Positions 17,240 through 25,402 of a stretch of DNA of 38,542 bases are shown piece by piece. Position numbers and translations under genes: made by a program. The stretch spans positions 1-38,542 of IMG/VR virus record IMGVR_UViG_3300011336_000137; one strand, given 5' to 3'. This DNA is from a virus (lineage: Duplodnaviria; Caudoviricetes). Numbering within the stretch: position 1 is the stretch's first letter; each line of letters begins with the position of its first letter. The notes under the pieces are model-generated. The model did not search any database, was not told the origin of the DNA, and worked only from the letters and a program-made list of their open reading frames with translations.

Positions 17240-17686
17240 ATGGGACACGAACACGCAAGCAAAGTTCTTGAATGGGCATACAAGTTAGTTGATGGAGATA
17301 TGATTCCATACTCCGCACTATACGGATGTGTCTATTGTGATGCTACATCAACTGAACCTTTTCCTGATGAAAATGATATCTTTATAGACCACACTACATG
17401 TGGTCCTGATTGCTTTGGATGCAAGGCTAGAGGACTCCAGATGAATACTGGAGATGCCAATAGCCAGCGTAATGCACCACGCAAGCGTTTTGAAAATGAA
17501 CTATCTGCATATGCTAACGCTAAGTCACAGGGAATTAAACCTGGTGGGACTTCAATGGAAAAGATTCGTGAGGCAGAAAGAGCCTCCGAAGTATTGAATA
17601 AGCCTTATGATGCTAATTCAATGCCAGATGCAAAACACATAAATCAATCAACCGCAGCGGTAATGAAAGAGATAGGACAAGTATAA
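17240..17686 (+). CDS. hypothetical protein with Cys motifs (CxxC, CxxxCxxC)
   Basis: AGGGG RBS; in operon. Confidence 0.7.
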   Translation: MGHEHASKVLEWAYKLVDGDMIPYSALYGCVYCDATSTEPFPDENDIFIDHTTCGPDCFGCKARGLQMNTGDANSQRNAPRKRFENELSAYANAKSQGIKPGGTSMEKIREAERASEVLNKPYDANSMPDAKHINQSTAAVMKEIGQV

Positions 17687-17859
17687 TGTCAGCAAAAGGT
17701 GAGAAGTACAAGTCAATGGCAGCCATGAAGATGCACGAAAAGGGCGAAGGCAAGAAGGAACGTATGATGGAATACGGACCAAAGAAGGCCGCTAAGAAGG
17801 TTGCTAAGAAGGCTGTCGCTAAGAAGATGGTCATGAAGAAGATGGGCAAAAAGAAGTAA
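17686..17859 (+). CDS. small Lys/Met-rich basic protein, 57 aa
   Basis: MSAKGEKYKS...KKAAKKVAKKAVAKKMVMKKMGKKK; TAATG overlaps on both sides; read manually. Confidence 0.75.
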   Translation: MSAKGEKYKSMAAMKMHEKGEGKKERMMEYGPKKAAKKVAKKAVAKKMVMKKMGKKK

Positions 17860-17984
17860 TGCCAAAAGTAGGAATGAAAGAATTTGCATACACAGCAAAG
17901 GGCATGGCAATGGCAAAGGCTGAGGCTAAGAAAACTGGCAAGCCAATGAAGAAAGCCATCAAGAAGAAGGCGAAGAAAAAGTAA
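17859..17984 (+). CDS. small basic protein, 41 aa
   Basis: MPKVGMKEFAYTAKGMAMAKAEAKKTGKPMKKAIKKKAKKK; TAATG overlap; read manually. Confidence 0.75.
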   Translation: MPKVGMKEFAYTAKGMAMAKAEAKKTGKPMKKAIKKKAKKK

Positions 17985-18143
17985 ATGCCAAAGATGACAC
18001 CACAAGATGCAGCAATGCTAAAGATTTTTCAAAAAGAGTATGGCACAATGGTATATCCATCACCAGTTCGTGCATCAACTGCCGACAGCGCTCGTAGACA
18101 AAACGAAGCAAAATTGGCTAAGGCTAAGAAAGCCAAGAAGTAA
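17985..18143 (+). CDS. small basic protein, 52 aa
   Basis: MPKMTPQDAAMLK...AKAKKAKK; abuts both neighbours; read manually. Confidence 0.7.
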   Translation: MPKMTPQDAAMLKIFQKEYGTMVYPSPVRASTADSARRQNEAKLAKAKKAKK

Positions 18144-18310
18144 TGAAAAGCAAAGTTCAGAAAGTAATGGGCGAGTTTAAGCGGGGAACACTACACTCTG
18201 GTAAGGGTGGTAAGGTTGTTAGAAACCCTAAGCAGGCTATTGCAATTGCTATGTCTGAGGCAGGCAAGTCAAAACCAAAAAAGACTGTTAAGAAAGCGAA
18301 GAAAAAGTAA
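18143..18310 (+). CDS. small basic protein, DUF6496-like, 55 aa
   Basis: KVMGEFKRGTLHSGKGGKVVRNPKQAIAIAMSEAG signature; read manually. Confidence 0.75.
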   Translation: MKSKVQKVMGEFKRGTLHSGKGGKVVRNPKQAIAIAMSEAGKSKPKKTVKKAKKK

Positions 18311-18564
18311 TGGACCCAAGACTAAAGCGAGCAGGAGTATCAGGCTTTAACAAGCCTAAGCGTACACCAAGTCACCCTAAGAAGTCACACGTTGTTGTGG
18401 CTAAAGAAGGAGACAAGGTCAAGACTATTCGCTTTGGTCAGCAGGGCGTTACTGGCGATAGGCAACCAACTGCCCGCCAGAAGTCTTTCAAGGCACGTCA
18501 TGCAAAGAACATTGCTAAAGGTAAGATGAGTGCTGCGTATTGGGCGGATAAAGTTAAATGGTAG
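18310..18564 (+). CDS. small basic phage protein
   Basis: KKSHVVVAK...TIRFGQQG...SFKARH...SAAYWA; TAATG overlap. Confidence 0.75.
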   Translation: MDPRLKRAGVSGFNKPKRTPSHPKKSHVVVAKEGDKVKTIRFGQQGVTGDRQPTARQKSFKARHAKNIAKGKMSAAYWADKVKW

Positions 18565-18746
18565 CAAAGAAAAAGGCTAAGTCTAAAGTCAATGCTGCTG
18601 GTAATTATACTAAGCCTACTATGCGTGCTTCATTGTTTAAGAAGATTAAGGCTGGTTCTAAGGGTGGAGACCCTGGTGAATGGTCAGCACGCAAAGCCCA
18701 ACTACTAGCAGTACAGTACAAAAAGGCAGGCGGAGGTTACAAGTAA
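18558..18746 (+). CDS. DUF5872-like protein, N-terminal half
   Basis: YTKP...GSKGGDPGEWSARKAQL...YKKAGGGY. Confidence 0.7.
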   Translation: MVAKKKAKSKVNAAGNYTKPTMRASLFKKIKAGSKGGDPGEWSARKAQLLAVQYKKAGGGYK

Positions 18747-18982
18747 TGGCACTTGCAAAATCTCAACAGTCTCTTAAGAAGTGGACTGCACAGAAGTGGA
18801 AAACCTCAGATGGTAAGCCATCTAAAGGTAAAAAAAGATATTTACCAGAAGCAGCATGGGCTGCATTAAGCCCAGCAGAAAAGTCTGCCACCAATAAGGC
18901 TAAAGCCAAAGGCAACGCCAAGGGTAAACAGTTTGTGAAACAACCAAAGTCAATAGCAAAGAAGGCTGCGAGGTTTAGATAA
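18746..18982 (+). CDS. DUF5872-like protein, C-terminal half
   Basis: Start at TAATG overlap; QQSLKKW...RYLP..AW..L...ATN..K...GKQFV. Confidence 0.7.
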   Translation: MALAKSQQSLKKWTAQKWKTSDGKPSKGKKRYLPEAAWAALSPAEKSATNKAKAKGNAKGKQFVKQPKSIAKKAARFR

Positions 18983-19257
18983 TGGCAACAGGAGAAGCAG
19001 GTAGCACATTTGCTGACGAGTTAAATCGTCTTGCAAATGGTGGAACATATCCAGCACCAACAGCATACAAGTCTGAGCAAGGCGCAGCCAATGCTTATGC
19101 ATCGACTAGTGGTTTAGGAATTGTTGCTGCACTTAATATTAAAGCCAGCGCAAGCCGTCAGCCTAAAGATTACAAGATGGTAAATGCTGTCTGCAATGAA
19201 TTAGCGGGAACTACTGGACTATCAGCCGTTGTTGCGTTAAGGAGCATAAACCTATGA
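18982..19257 (+). CDS. hypothetical structural protein
   Basis: TAATG and ATGA coupling. Confidence 0.7.
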   Translation: MATGEAGSTFADELNRLANGGTYPAPTAYKSEQGAANAYASTSGLGIVAALNIKASASRQPKDYKMVNAVCNELAGTTGLSAVVALRSINL

Positions 19258-20171
19258 CAACATTAGCACAGATGATTGATGAAGTCCTTATTAACCTTTC
19301 AGGTTATACATATCAACAGGACCGCTCTACCTATCTCAGAAGCGCAGTCACAACATTAACTTCACCAAGCACAGCACCTACTATCCTATCTCTTGGAGAT
19401 ACAAGTAACGTAGGTAAGGGTATCCTTGAGGTTGACGAAGAACTAATGTGGGTCGATTCATTTGACCGCGTTAGCAATACAGCAACCGTCTCACCATATG
19501 GGCGTGGATACTTAGGCACAGTCGCGGCTACACATGCTGCTGACGCTAAGGTAACTATCTCACCTATCTTCCCACGCTATGTAATTAAGAAGGCTATCAA
19601 CGATACTATTCGTGCAATGGGTGCAAGCCTGTTATCTATTAAACAAACTACTTTCACATTCAACGCTGCAGTTAATACATATGAGTTTGAGAATCTTGCA
19701 ATTGAGAATATCCTCACTATGTCATGGCAGGATACAGGTCCTTCTAAGGAGTGGATTCGTATCAAGCGTTGGGACTTCGACCCACTAGCAGATGTTAGCA
19801 CATGGGGTTCAAACTCGCAGACTGTAACTATTTATGACTGGATTACTCCAGGGCGTACAGTAAAAGTAATGTATGCTACACCTCCTACAGCAATGGAAAA
19901 TGATACAGATGTCTTTACAACTACTACAGGATATCCTGAGTCAGCAAGAGACATTGTGATTCTAGGTACATCATATAGATTGTTGGCTTACCTTGACCCA
20001 GCACGTGCAGGTCAGATTAGCCCACAGGCGGACGAAACAGATGGCAAGCGCCCATACGGTGCGAGCGCATCAGCAACAAAGCAACTCTTTGCTCTTTACT
20101 CACAACGCTTGAACGAGGAAGTAGCAACTCTGCAAAACGCATATCCGCCACGAATTCATTATACTCGATAG
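19254..20171 (+). CDS. putative head-tail adaptor (tail tubular protein A-like) with inserted beta domain
   Basis: MTTLAQMIDEV...IKKAINDTI helices interrupted by a VDEELM...RGYLGTVAATH domain; gene position. Confidence 0.55.
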   Translation: MTTLAQMIDEVLINLSGYTYQQDRSTYLRSAVTTLTSPSTAPTILSLGDTSNVGKGILEVDEELMWVDSFDRVSNTATVSPYGRGYLGTVAATHAADAKVTISPIFPRYVIKKAINDTIRAMGASLLSIKQTTFTFNAAVNTYEFENLAIENILTMSWQDTGPSKEWIRIKRWDFDPLADVSTWGSNSQTVTIYDWITPGRTVKVMYATPPTAMENDTDVFTTTTGYPESARDIVILGTSYRLLAYLDPARAGQISPQADETDGKRPYGASASATKQLFALYSQRLNEEVATLQNAYPPRIHYTR

Positions 20172-20179
20172 GAATATAA

Positions 20180-21907
20180 ATGACAACTAGAAATTACTCC
20201 TCTCGCTCTCAGCAGTCCACCCTAACAGGTGCGGTTACTTCTGGTGCTACCTCTATGGTTGTTGTATCAGGTTCTGCACTCCTTGGTGGCGTGACTATTC
20301 CTGCGGGTACAACCTTTACAATTGTTATCGACCCAGATACAGCAATTGAAGAAATTGTAGATGCCACGGCGGTATCAACAAATACCTTTACGATTACCCG
20401 AGCCATTGATGGCTCCTCAGCCCAGGCTCACTCTGCTGGTGCTGTTGTTCGCCACATGGCTATTGGTCGTGATTACCGTGAAGCCAATACCCACATCGAG
20501 GCTTCTACAGGGGTACACGGCATCTCAAACTCATCTTCTGTAGTCGGAACTATCGACACTCAAACCCTAACTAATAAAACTCTCACAAGCCCTACAATCA
20601 CTAACCCTACTATCTCGGGTACAAATGTAGATGCAAGTATTGTCTTCGAAGGTGCTACACCCGATGCCTTTGAAACTACCTTAACAGTGGTTGACCCTAC
20701 ACAGGACAATACACTTACGTTACCTAATACAACAGGCACAGTAGTAGTTGCTACAGCAGTACAGACTCTTACAAACAAAACTTTAACTAGCCCGACTATC
20801 TCAGGCTCACCAGTCATCACTGGTCTATCCTCAGCAGGTATGTCAGCATCTTCTGCTACACCTAAAGACTATGTAGATAGTATTCTTGGCTCTGCCACAG
20901 CAGCAGCCACATCAGCAGCAAGTGCTGCTACCTCTGCTACATCGGCTGCTACAAGCGCTACAAGCGCAGCAGCCAGTGCAACTGCAGCGGCGGCATCTGC
21001 TACAGCCTCAGCAAGTTCAGCAACAGCAGCAGCGACTTCTGCGACATCTGCAGCAGCCTCTGCCACGGCAGCAGCAACTAGTGCAACTAGTTCAGCAGCG
21101 AGTGCAACAAATGCACAGGCTTGGGCAACTCAACTAGTAACACCCGTATCTGGCTCAGATTACTCTGCAAAGTATAATGCAAACCTTGCAGCGGCATCAG
21201 CAACAACTGCTGCTAACTCAGTAGCAACAATTGCAGGGTATGCAACTGCTTCTGCTAACTCAGCAACTGCTGCAGCAACCAGTGCTACAAGTGCTGCCAC
21301 TTCTGCTTCATCTGCTGCTACATCAGCATCTTCTGCTGCTACTAGCGCATCTGATGCTGCTACAACTTATGATAACTTTGATGACCGATACCTTGGTAGC
21401 AAGGCATCTGCCCCAACAGTAGACAATGATGGCAATACACTTCTTGTAGGTGCTATCTACTGGAACTCAACACTTAATAATATGTATGTATGGTCAGGGT
21501 CTGCATGGGTGCAAATTGCTACAACTAGTGTTTACTCAGCACCTACTCTTGGTAGCACCGTTCTTACTTCTGGCACAACAATATCAAGTGTTAGTGCTTT
21601 AACATTAAATAACGGTACGCTTACTGGTACATTAACCGCAGCAGCATCATCTGGAACCAATGGTCAGTATCTGCAATCAACTGGTACTGGAACTCAATGG
21701 GCATCAGTTGCTGGTTATTCAGCACCAACATTAGGTTCAACCGTAATTAATTCTGGAGCAACAGTAGGAACAATTGCTGGTTTAACTTTAACAGCACCAA
21801 CATTAACTGGAACAGTTACGGCATCAGGTGATATTAACTTATCTGCTGCAGGTGGACCAGGAAGTTTAATTGATGAACTAACACTCATACTTATGGGTGC
21901 TCTCTAA
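20180..21907 (+). CDS. tail fiber protein
   Basis: QTLTNKTLTSPTI x2, AATSA coiled-coil repeats, YSAPTLGSTV x2, GAIYWNST...YVWSGSAW module. Confidence 0.8.
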   Translation: MTTRNYSSRSQQSTLTGAVTSGATSMVVVSGSALLGGVTIPAGTTFTIVIDPDTAIEEIVDATAVSTNTFTITRAIDGSSAQAHSAGAVVRHMAIGRDYREANTHIEASTGVHGISNSSSVVGTIDTQTLTNKTLTSPTITNPTISGTNVDASIVFEGATPDAFETTLTVVDPTQDNTLTLPNTTGTVVVATAVQTLTNKTLTSPTISGSPVITGLSSAGMSASSATPKDYVDSILGSATAAATSAASAATSATSAATSATSAAASATAAAASATASASSATAAATSATSAAASATAAATSATSSAASATNAQAWATQLVTPVSGSDYSAKYNANLAAASATTAANSVATIAGYATASANSATAAATSATSAATSASSAATSASSAATSASDAATTYDNFDDRYLGSKASAPTVDNDGNTLLVGAIYWNSTLNNMYVWSGSAWVQIATTSVYSAPTLGSTVLTSGTTISSVSALTLNNGTLTGTLTAAASSGTNGQYLQSTGTGTQWASVAGYSAPTLGSTVINSGATVGTIAGLTLTAPTLTGTVTASGDINLSAAGGPGSLIDELTLILMGAL

Positions 21908-21925
21908 ACGAAAGGGTAGTAACTA

Positions 21926-22231
21926 ATGGCTACAACAACTAAAGCGCTGTTCCGAGGAGCAGCAACAACAACACTAACTACAACTTTGTATACAGTACCT
22001 TCTGCAACTACAGCAGTTGTTACTAACATTGTTATTGTTAATACAGCAGCAACAGCAGCAACTTTTGACTTAGCGCTTAATGGTACAAAACTTGCAGATA
22101 CTGTAGCAATTGGTGCTGACTCTATTGTCACACTTGACATTAAACAGGTTATTAATGCTACTCAAACAATTCAAGGCGGAGCATCCGCTACTACTGTTAA
22201 CTTTCACATCAGCGGAGTGGAGATTTCCTAA
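21926..22231 (+). CDS. small beta-rich tail-associated protein
   Basis: TTLYTVPS..TAVVTNI...ISGVEI pattern, common next to fiber genes. Confidence 0.7.
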   Translation: MATTTKALFRGAATTTLTTTLYTVPSATTAVVTNIVIVNTAATAATFDLALNGTKLADTVAIGADSIVTLDIKQVINATQTIQGGASATTVNFHISGVEIS

Positions 22232-23316
22232 TGGCTATTGATAGAATCCCTGGGGTTGGTCCTCAAAATACAGACATTGCTACAGCGGTAGCCGCTGCTG
22301 TACCTACTAACTCATCTATTGCAGCAGCAGTTCCTACTAACTCAAGTATTGCAACAGCAGTTGCTGCTGCCGTACCAACAAATGCTTCTATTGCAGCAGC
22401 AGTTGGTACATCATTTAATCCAACCAATATGTCAGCACAACAAACAATTACATCTTCATCTAATAACATTTCTACTGGTAGAAACTGGGTATATGCTTTA
22501 GTTATTGGCGGTGGAGGAGCAGGCGGGGCTGGCGTAGGTACCTTTAACGGTGGCGGTGGCGGAGGAGCAGGCGGTGCTGGTTTTGGTTTAGTTCCATCTA
22601 GTGCTGTTGCAGTAGTTGGCGCAGGGGGAAGTCAGTCAAATATAATTAACACAACTACTGGTACTCACAATGGAACCAGGGGCGGCGATTCAAGATATAG
22701 CGTAATACAAGCAAACGGTGGTGGCACACCTGGTTATGGTGTTACTTACAATATAACAAATGGTCTTACAACTATTAATACTGGAACAGTTTCATCACAA
22801 AATGGTGCTGGAAATGTTGGAATAGATTTTGCAAAGTCTGCAGGACCTACTGCTGCTTCTAAAGAAATTTACGAAAATATAAATACACACGGACACGCTA
22901 TTTACAATTTAATTCAACCGTATGCTATTCCCAAAATGGGTGGAGAATTTCCTTATGGACCAGCATCAAACCCGACTAACTCTTATAGACCTTTGCGAGC
23001 AGCAATTGCTGGTGCGGGTGCTGCAGCAGTTGACTCTACTACTATAGGCGCTGCAGGAGCAAGCACACCAAATTATGCTGGTGGAGCAGGCGGCGCTGGA
23101 ACTAACATTGGTCCAGGCGGCGGTGGTGGTGGTGCTGGTTGGCTTGGTGCAGGTGGTGCAGGAAGTTCAGCAAACACAGCAAATATTGCTCCTAATGGTG
23201 GCAATGGCGGTGCTGGAGGAGGCGGTGGCGGTGGCGGTGGATTTAACAACTCTAACACTTCTCTTGTTTCAGCAGGTGGCGCTGGTGGTAATGGCGCAAT
23301 TATCCTATACTATTAA
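22231..23316 (+). CDS. glycine-rich tail tip/adhesin-like protein
   Basis: IGGGGAGG...GGGGGGAGG and terminal GGAGGNGAIILYY; N-terminal AAAVPTN(S/A)SIA repeats x3. Confidence 0.75.
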   Translation: MAIDRIPGVGPQNTDIATAVAAAVPTNSSIAAAVPTNSSIATAVAAAVPTNASIAAAVGTSFNPTNMSAQQTITSSSNNISTGRNWVYALVIGGGGAGGAGVGTFNGGGGGGAGGAGFGLVPSSAVAVVGAGGSQSNIINTTTGTHNGTRGGDSRYSVIQANGGGTPGYGVTYNITNGLTTINTGTVSSQNGAGNVGIDFAKSAGPTAASKEIYENINTHGHAIYNLIQPYAIPKMGGEFPYGPASNPTNSYRPLRAAIAGAGAAAVDSTTIGAAGASTPNYAGGAGGAGTNIGPGGGGGGAGWLGAGGAGSSANTANIAPNGGNGGAGGGGGGGGGFNNSNTSLVSAGGAGGNGAIILYY

Positions 23317-23319
23317 GAT

Positions 23320-23541
23320 ATGACATTACCAGACAATATACTTTATGCTGTATTAAATAATGACATTGTTATTGATTGTGGTTTTGGAGATACAAATAAT
23401 GTTGTATCTCCATTATCACAACAAACTTATTTGAGTAATGACTATCAATTTGTTTTAATGACAATGGATAATAGTCCTGCTGAAATAGGTATGAAATATA
23501 AAAATAATAAATTCTATTTTGAAGGAGAAACAAATGCCTAA
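23320..23541 (+). CDS. small hypothetical protein (fiber accessory)
   Basis: YAVL...AEIGMKYKNNKF; follows the Gly-rich gene. Confidence 0.6.
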   Translation: MTLPDNILYAVLNNDIVIDCGFGDTNNVVSPLSQQTYLSNDYQFVLMTMDNSPAEIGMKYKNNKFYFEGETNA

Positions 23542-23707
23542 ATATGGTGTAATTAATGGCACTACAATAACACAGGCAATCATTGCTGACTCACTAGAAG
23601 ATGCAATTCAAGCAACTGAACAGCAATGCGTTGAACTTCCAGACCACGTTGGAATTTGGTGGCAGTACGAGAATGGTAATTTTACTTTTCCAGAACCAAC
23701 TGAATAA
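23534..23707 (+). CDS. small hypothetical protein (fiber accessory)
   Basis: AAGGAG RBS before MPKYGVING; GIWWQYENGNF resembles the preceding ORF's C-terminus. Confidence 0.65.
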   Translation: MPKYGVINGTTITQAIIADSLEDAIQATEQQCVELPDHVGIWWQYENGNFTFPEPTE

Positions 23708-24411
23708 TGCCTGACATAATTTTTACCCCAACGGGTACAATGCCTGACCACGAAGTCCCTAAACCAGCCTCACAGTTTGTACCCGAATGGTATAAAAAAT
23801 TAGAATCATATATATCTGGTGAAAAAAAACCAACTGGTCAAGGTAGTTCAAGCGCAACTATAAAACGTTGTATGCCAGTCTTTGATGCAATTGCTGCGGG
23901 ATATATTATTACATTGCCAGCAGATGTATATGTATCACAAAAAGAAGATGAACAAGGTAATAAGTTTCCTTACTATGAATGGGCAAGTCACGGACTTGTT
24001 CAGTTTCATCCAGTAGAACAAGCACCCGAACATCCTAATCGCAATGGGCATATGGCTTATCCTAAATGGATTAACCCTTGGGCAATTAAAACTCCTAAAG
24101 GTTATTCAACTTTGTTTGTTCAACCTATGCATAGGGAATCACCATTTACAATTCTTCCAGGAATTGTAGATACAGACACTTACACAGCAAATGTTAATTT
24201 TCCATTTGTATTAAATGATGTAACATTTGAAGGTTTAATTCCTCAAGGAACGCCAATTGCTCAAGTTATTCCTATTAAGCGTGAGTCTTGGGAAATGAAA
24301 ATTGGTGGGCAAACAGAAGCAATTGAAATAAATTCAATTGTTGCTAAATTAAATACAAAGTTTTTTGACCGATATAAAACAATGTTCCGAGTTAACAAAG
24401 AATACAGATAG
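23707..24411 (+). CDS. DUF6065-like protein (possible dUTPase-like beta fold)
   Basis: CMPVFDA..GY, NPW.IKTPKGYS, GIVDTD and GTPIAQVIP motifs. Confidence 0.6.
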   Translation: MPDIIFTPTGTMPDHEVPKPASQFVPEWYKKLESYISGEKKPTGQGSSSATIKRCMPVFDAIAAGYIITLPADVYVSQKEDEQGNKFPYYEWASHGLVQFHPVEQAPEHPNRNGHMAYPKWINPWAIKTPKGYSTLFVQPMHRESPFTILPGIVDTDTYTANVNFPFVLNDVTFEGLIPQGTPIAQVIPIKRESWEMKIGGQTEAIEINSIVAKLNTKFFDRYKTMFRVNKEYR

Positions 24412-24419
24412 GAGTAGGT

Positions 24420-24548
24420 ATGCCTACATACAAATACAAATGCAACGGATGTGAAAAGGATTACCTTGAACATCGTCAAGTAACTGACCCACAATGGTAT
24501 ACAAATTGTGATGTTTGCAGTGCTGTTTATGTTGAAGTAACTGAATAA
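24420..24548 (+). CDS. FmdB-like zinc-ribbon protein, 42 aa
   Basis: MPTYKYKCNGC...CDVC; AGGAG RBS; read manually. Confidence 0.7.
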   Translation: MPTYKYKCNGCEKDYLEHRQVTDPQWYTNCDVCSAVYVEVTE

Positions 24549-24561
24549 GAAATAAGTTATT

Positions 24562-24588
24562 ACCCCTGAGCACGGGTCTAAACTGCTC
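24562..24588 (+). ncRNA. candidate compact H-type pseudoknot
   Basis: ACCC/GGGT stem; loop GAGCA pairs with TGCTC after a CTAAAC linker. Confidence 0.4.
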
Positions 24589-24598
24589 TATTAAAAAC

Positions 24599-24626
24599 TT
24601 GCGCTATAAAAATAGTATGGTACAAT
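24599..24626 (+). promoter_or_regulatory. internal promoter for glycosyltransferase
   Basis: TTGCGC-16 bp-TACAAT with TGn extension. Confidence 0.55.
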
Positions 24627-24664
24627 GTAGATAGGCTATCAATGCCTATAACTTAGGGGACACT

Positions 24665-25393
24665 ATGAGTAAAGTAAATAAGGGAACGCTAGCCATAGGC
24701 TGGTGTGACAACGGTAACACCGATGGTAAGTTCACAGAAGGTGTTGTTAGCGTAGCACTACAGTGCTCCAACAACGGCATCGAACTGACCCACAGTATGC
24801 GAGTGCAAGGCAACCAGATTGGCAGACAACGCCAGGTTCTGTTTGACTATTGGGCTGATAGCATCAAGAGTGACTGGCTTCTATGGATTGACTCAGATAT
24901 TGTAGTCAACATGGAAGTAGTTGCTAAACTTTGGGATGCTGCCGACAAGATTGGCAAGCCAGTCGTAAGCGGAACTTACTTCATCTCTAAGGAGCATGAG
25001 GGTACATTGGCTAAGCCATACCCTGCATTGTTCTTTGATGTAGATGAACAGACTATCCAACATGTACACCCACTACCACATAACGAAGTTATCAAGGTAG
25101 ATAGTGCAGGTTTTGGATTCGTGCTGATGCACAAGTCAATCATTCCAAAGATGCGTGAGAAGTTTCCTGACCAATCAATGTTTGCAGAACTAGAACATGT
25201 TGGCGATAAGTATGTGGGTGAAGACATTGTCTTCTTCCGTAAGATGCAAGAGGCGGGTATCCCGCTGTATGCACACACTGGTGCATTAGTAAAGCATATC
25301 AAGCGATTCTCGCTAGATGTGGGTTACTATGATATGTACTGGACATTAGATATGATTAAACAAAAGGCGCAAGAAAAACAACAACAAGGCTAA
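24665..25393 (+). CDS. GT-A fold glycosyltransferase (GT2-like)
   Basis: LLWIDSD (DxD), AGFGFVLM, GEDIVF and H-x-K motifs. Confidence 0.8.
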   Translation: MSKVNKGTLAIGWCDNGNTDGKFTEGVVSVALQCSNNGIELTHSMRVQGNQIGRQRQVLFDYWADSIKSDWLLWIDSDIVVNMEVVAKLWDAADKIGKPVVSGTYFISKEHEGTLAKPYPALFFDVDEQTIQHVHPLPHNEVIKVDSAGFGFVLMHKSIIPKMREKFPDQSMFAELEHVGDKYVGEDIVFFRKMQEAGIPLYAHTGALVKHIKRFSLDVGYYDMYWTLDMIKQKAQEKQQQG

Positions 25394-25402
25394 GGAGTCT
25401 AC

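Noticed and set aside
20180-23316. Diversity-generating retroelement or invertible tail cassette
   Set aside because: No reverse transcriptase, no TR/VR pair with adenine-specific differences, and no invertase seen
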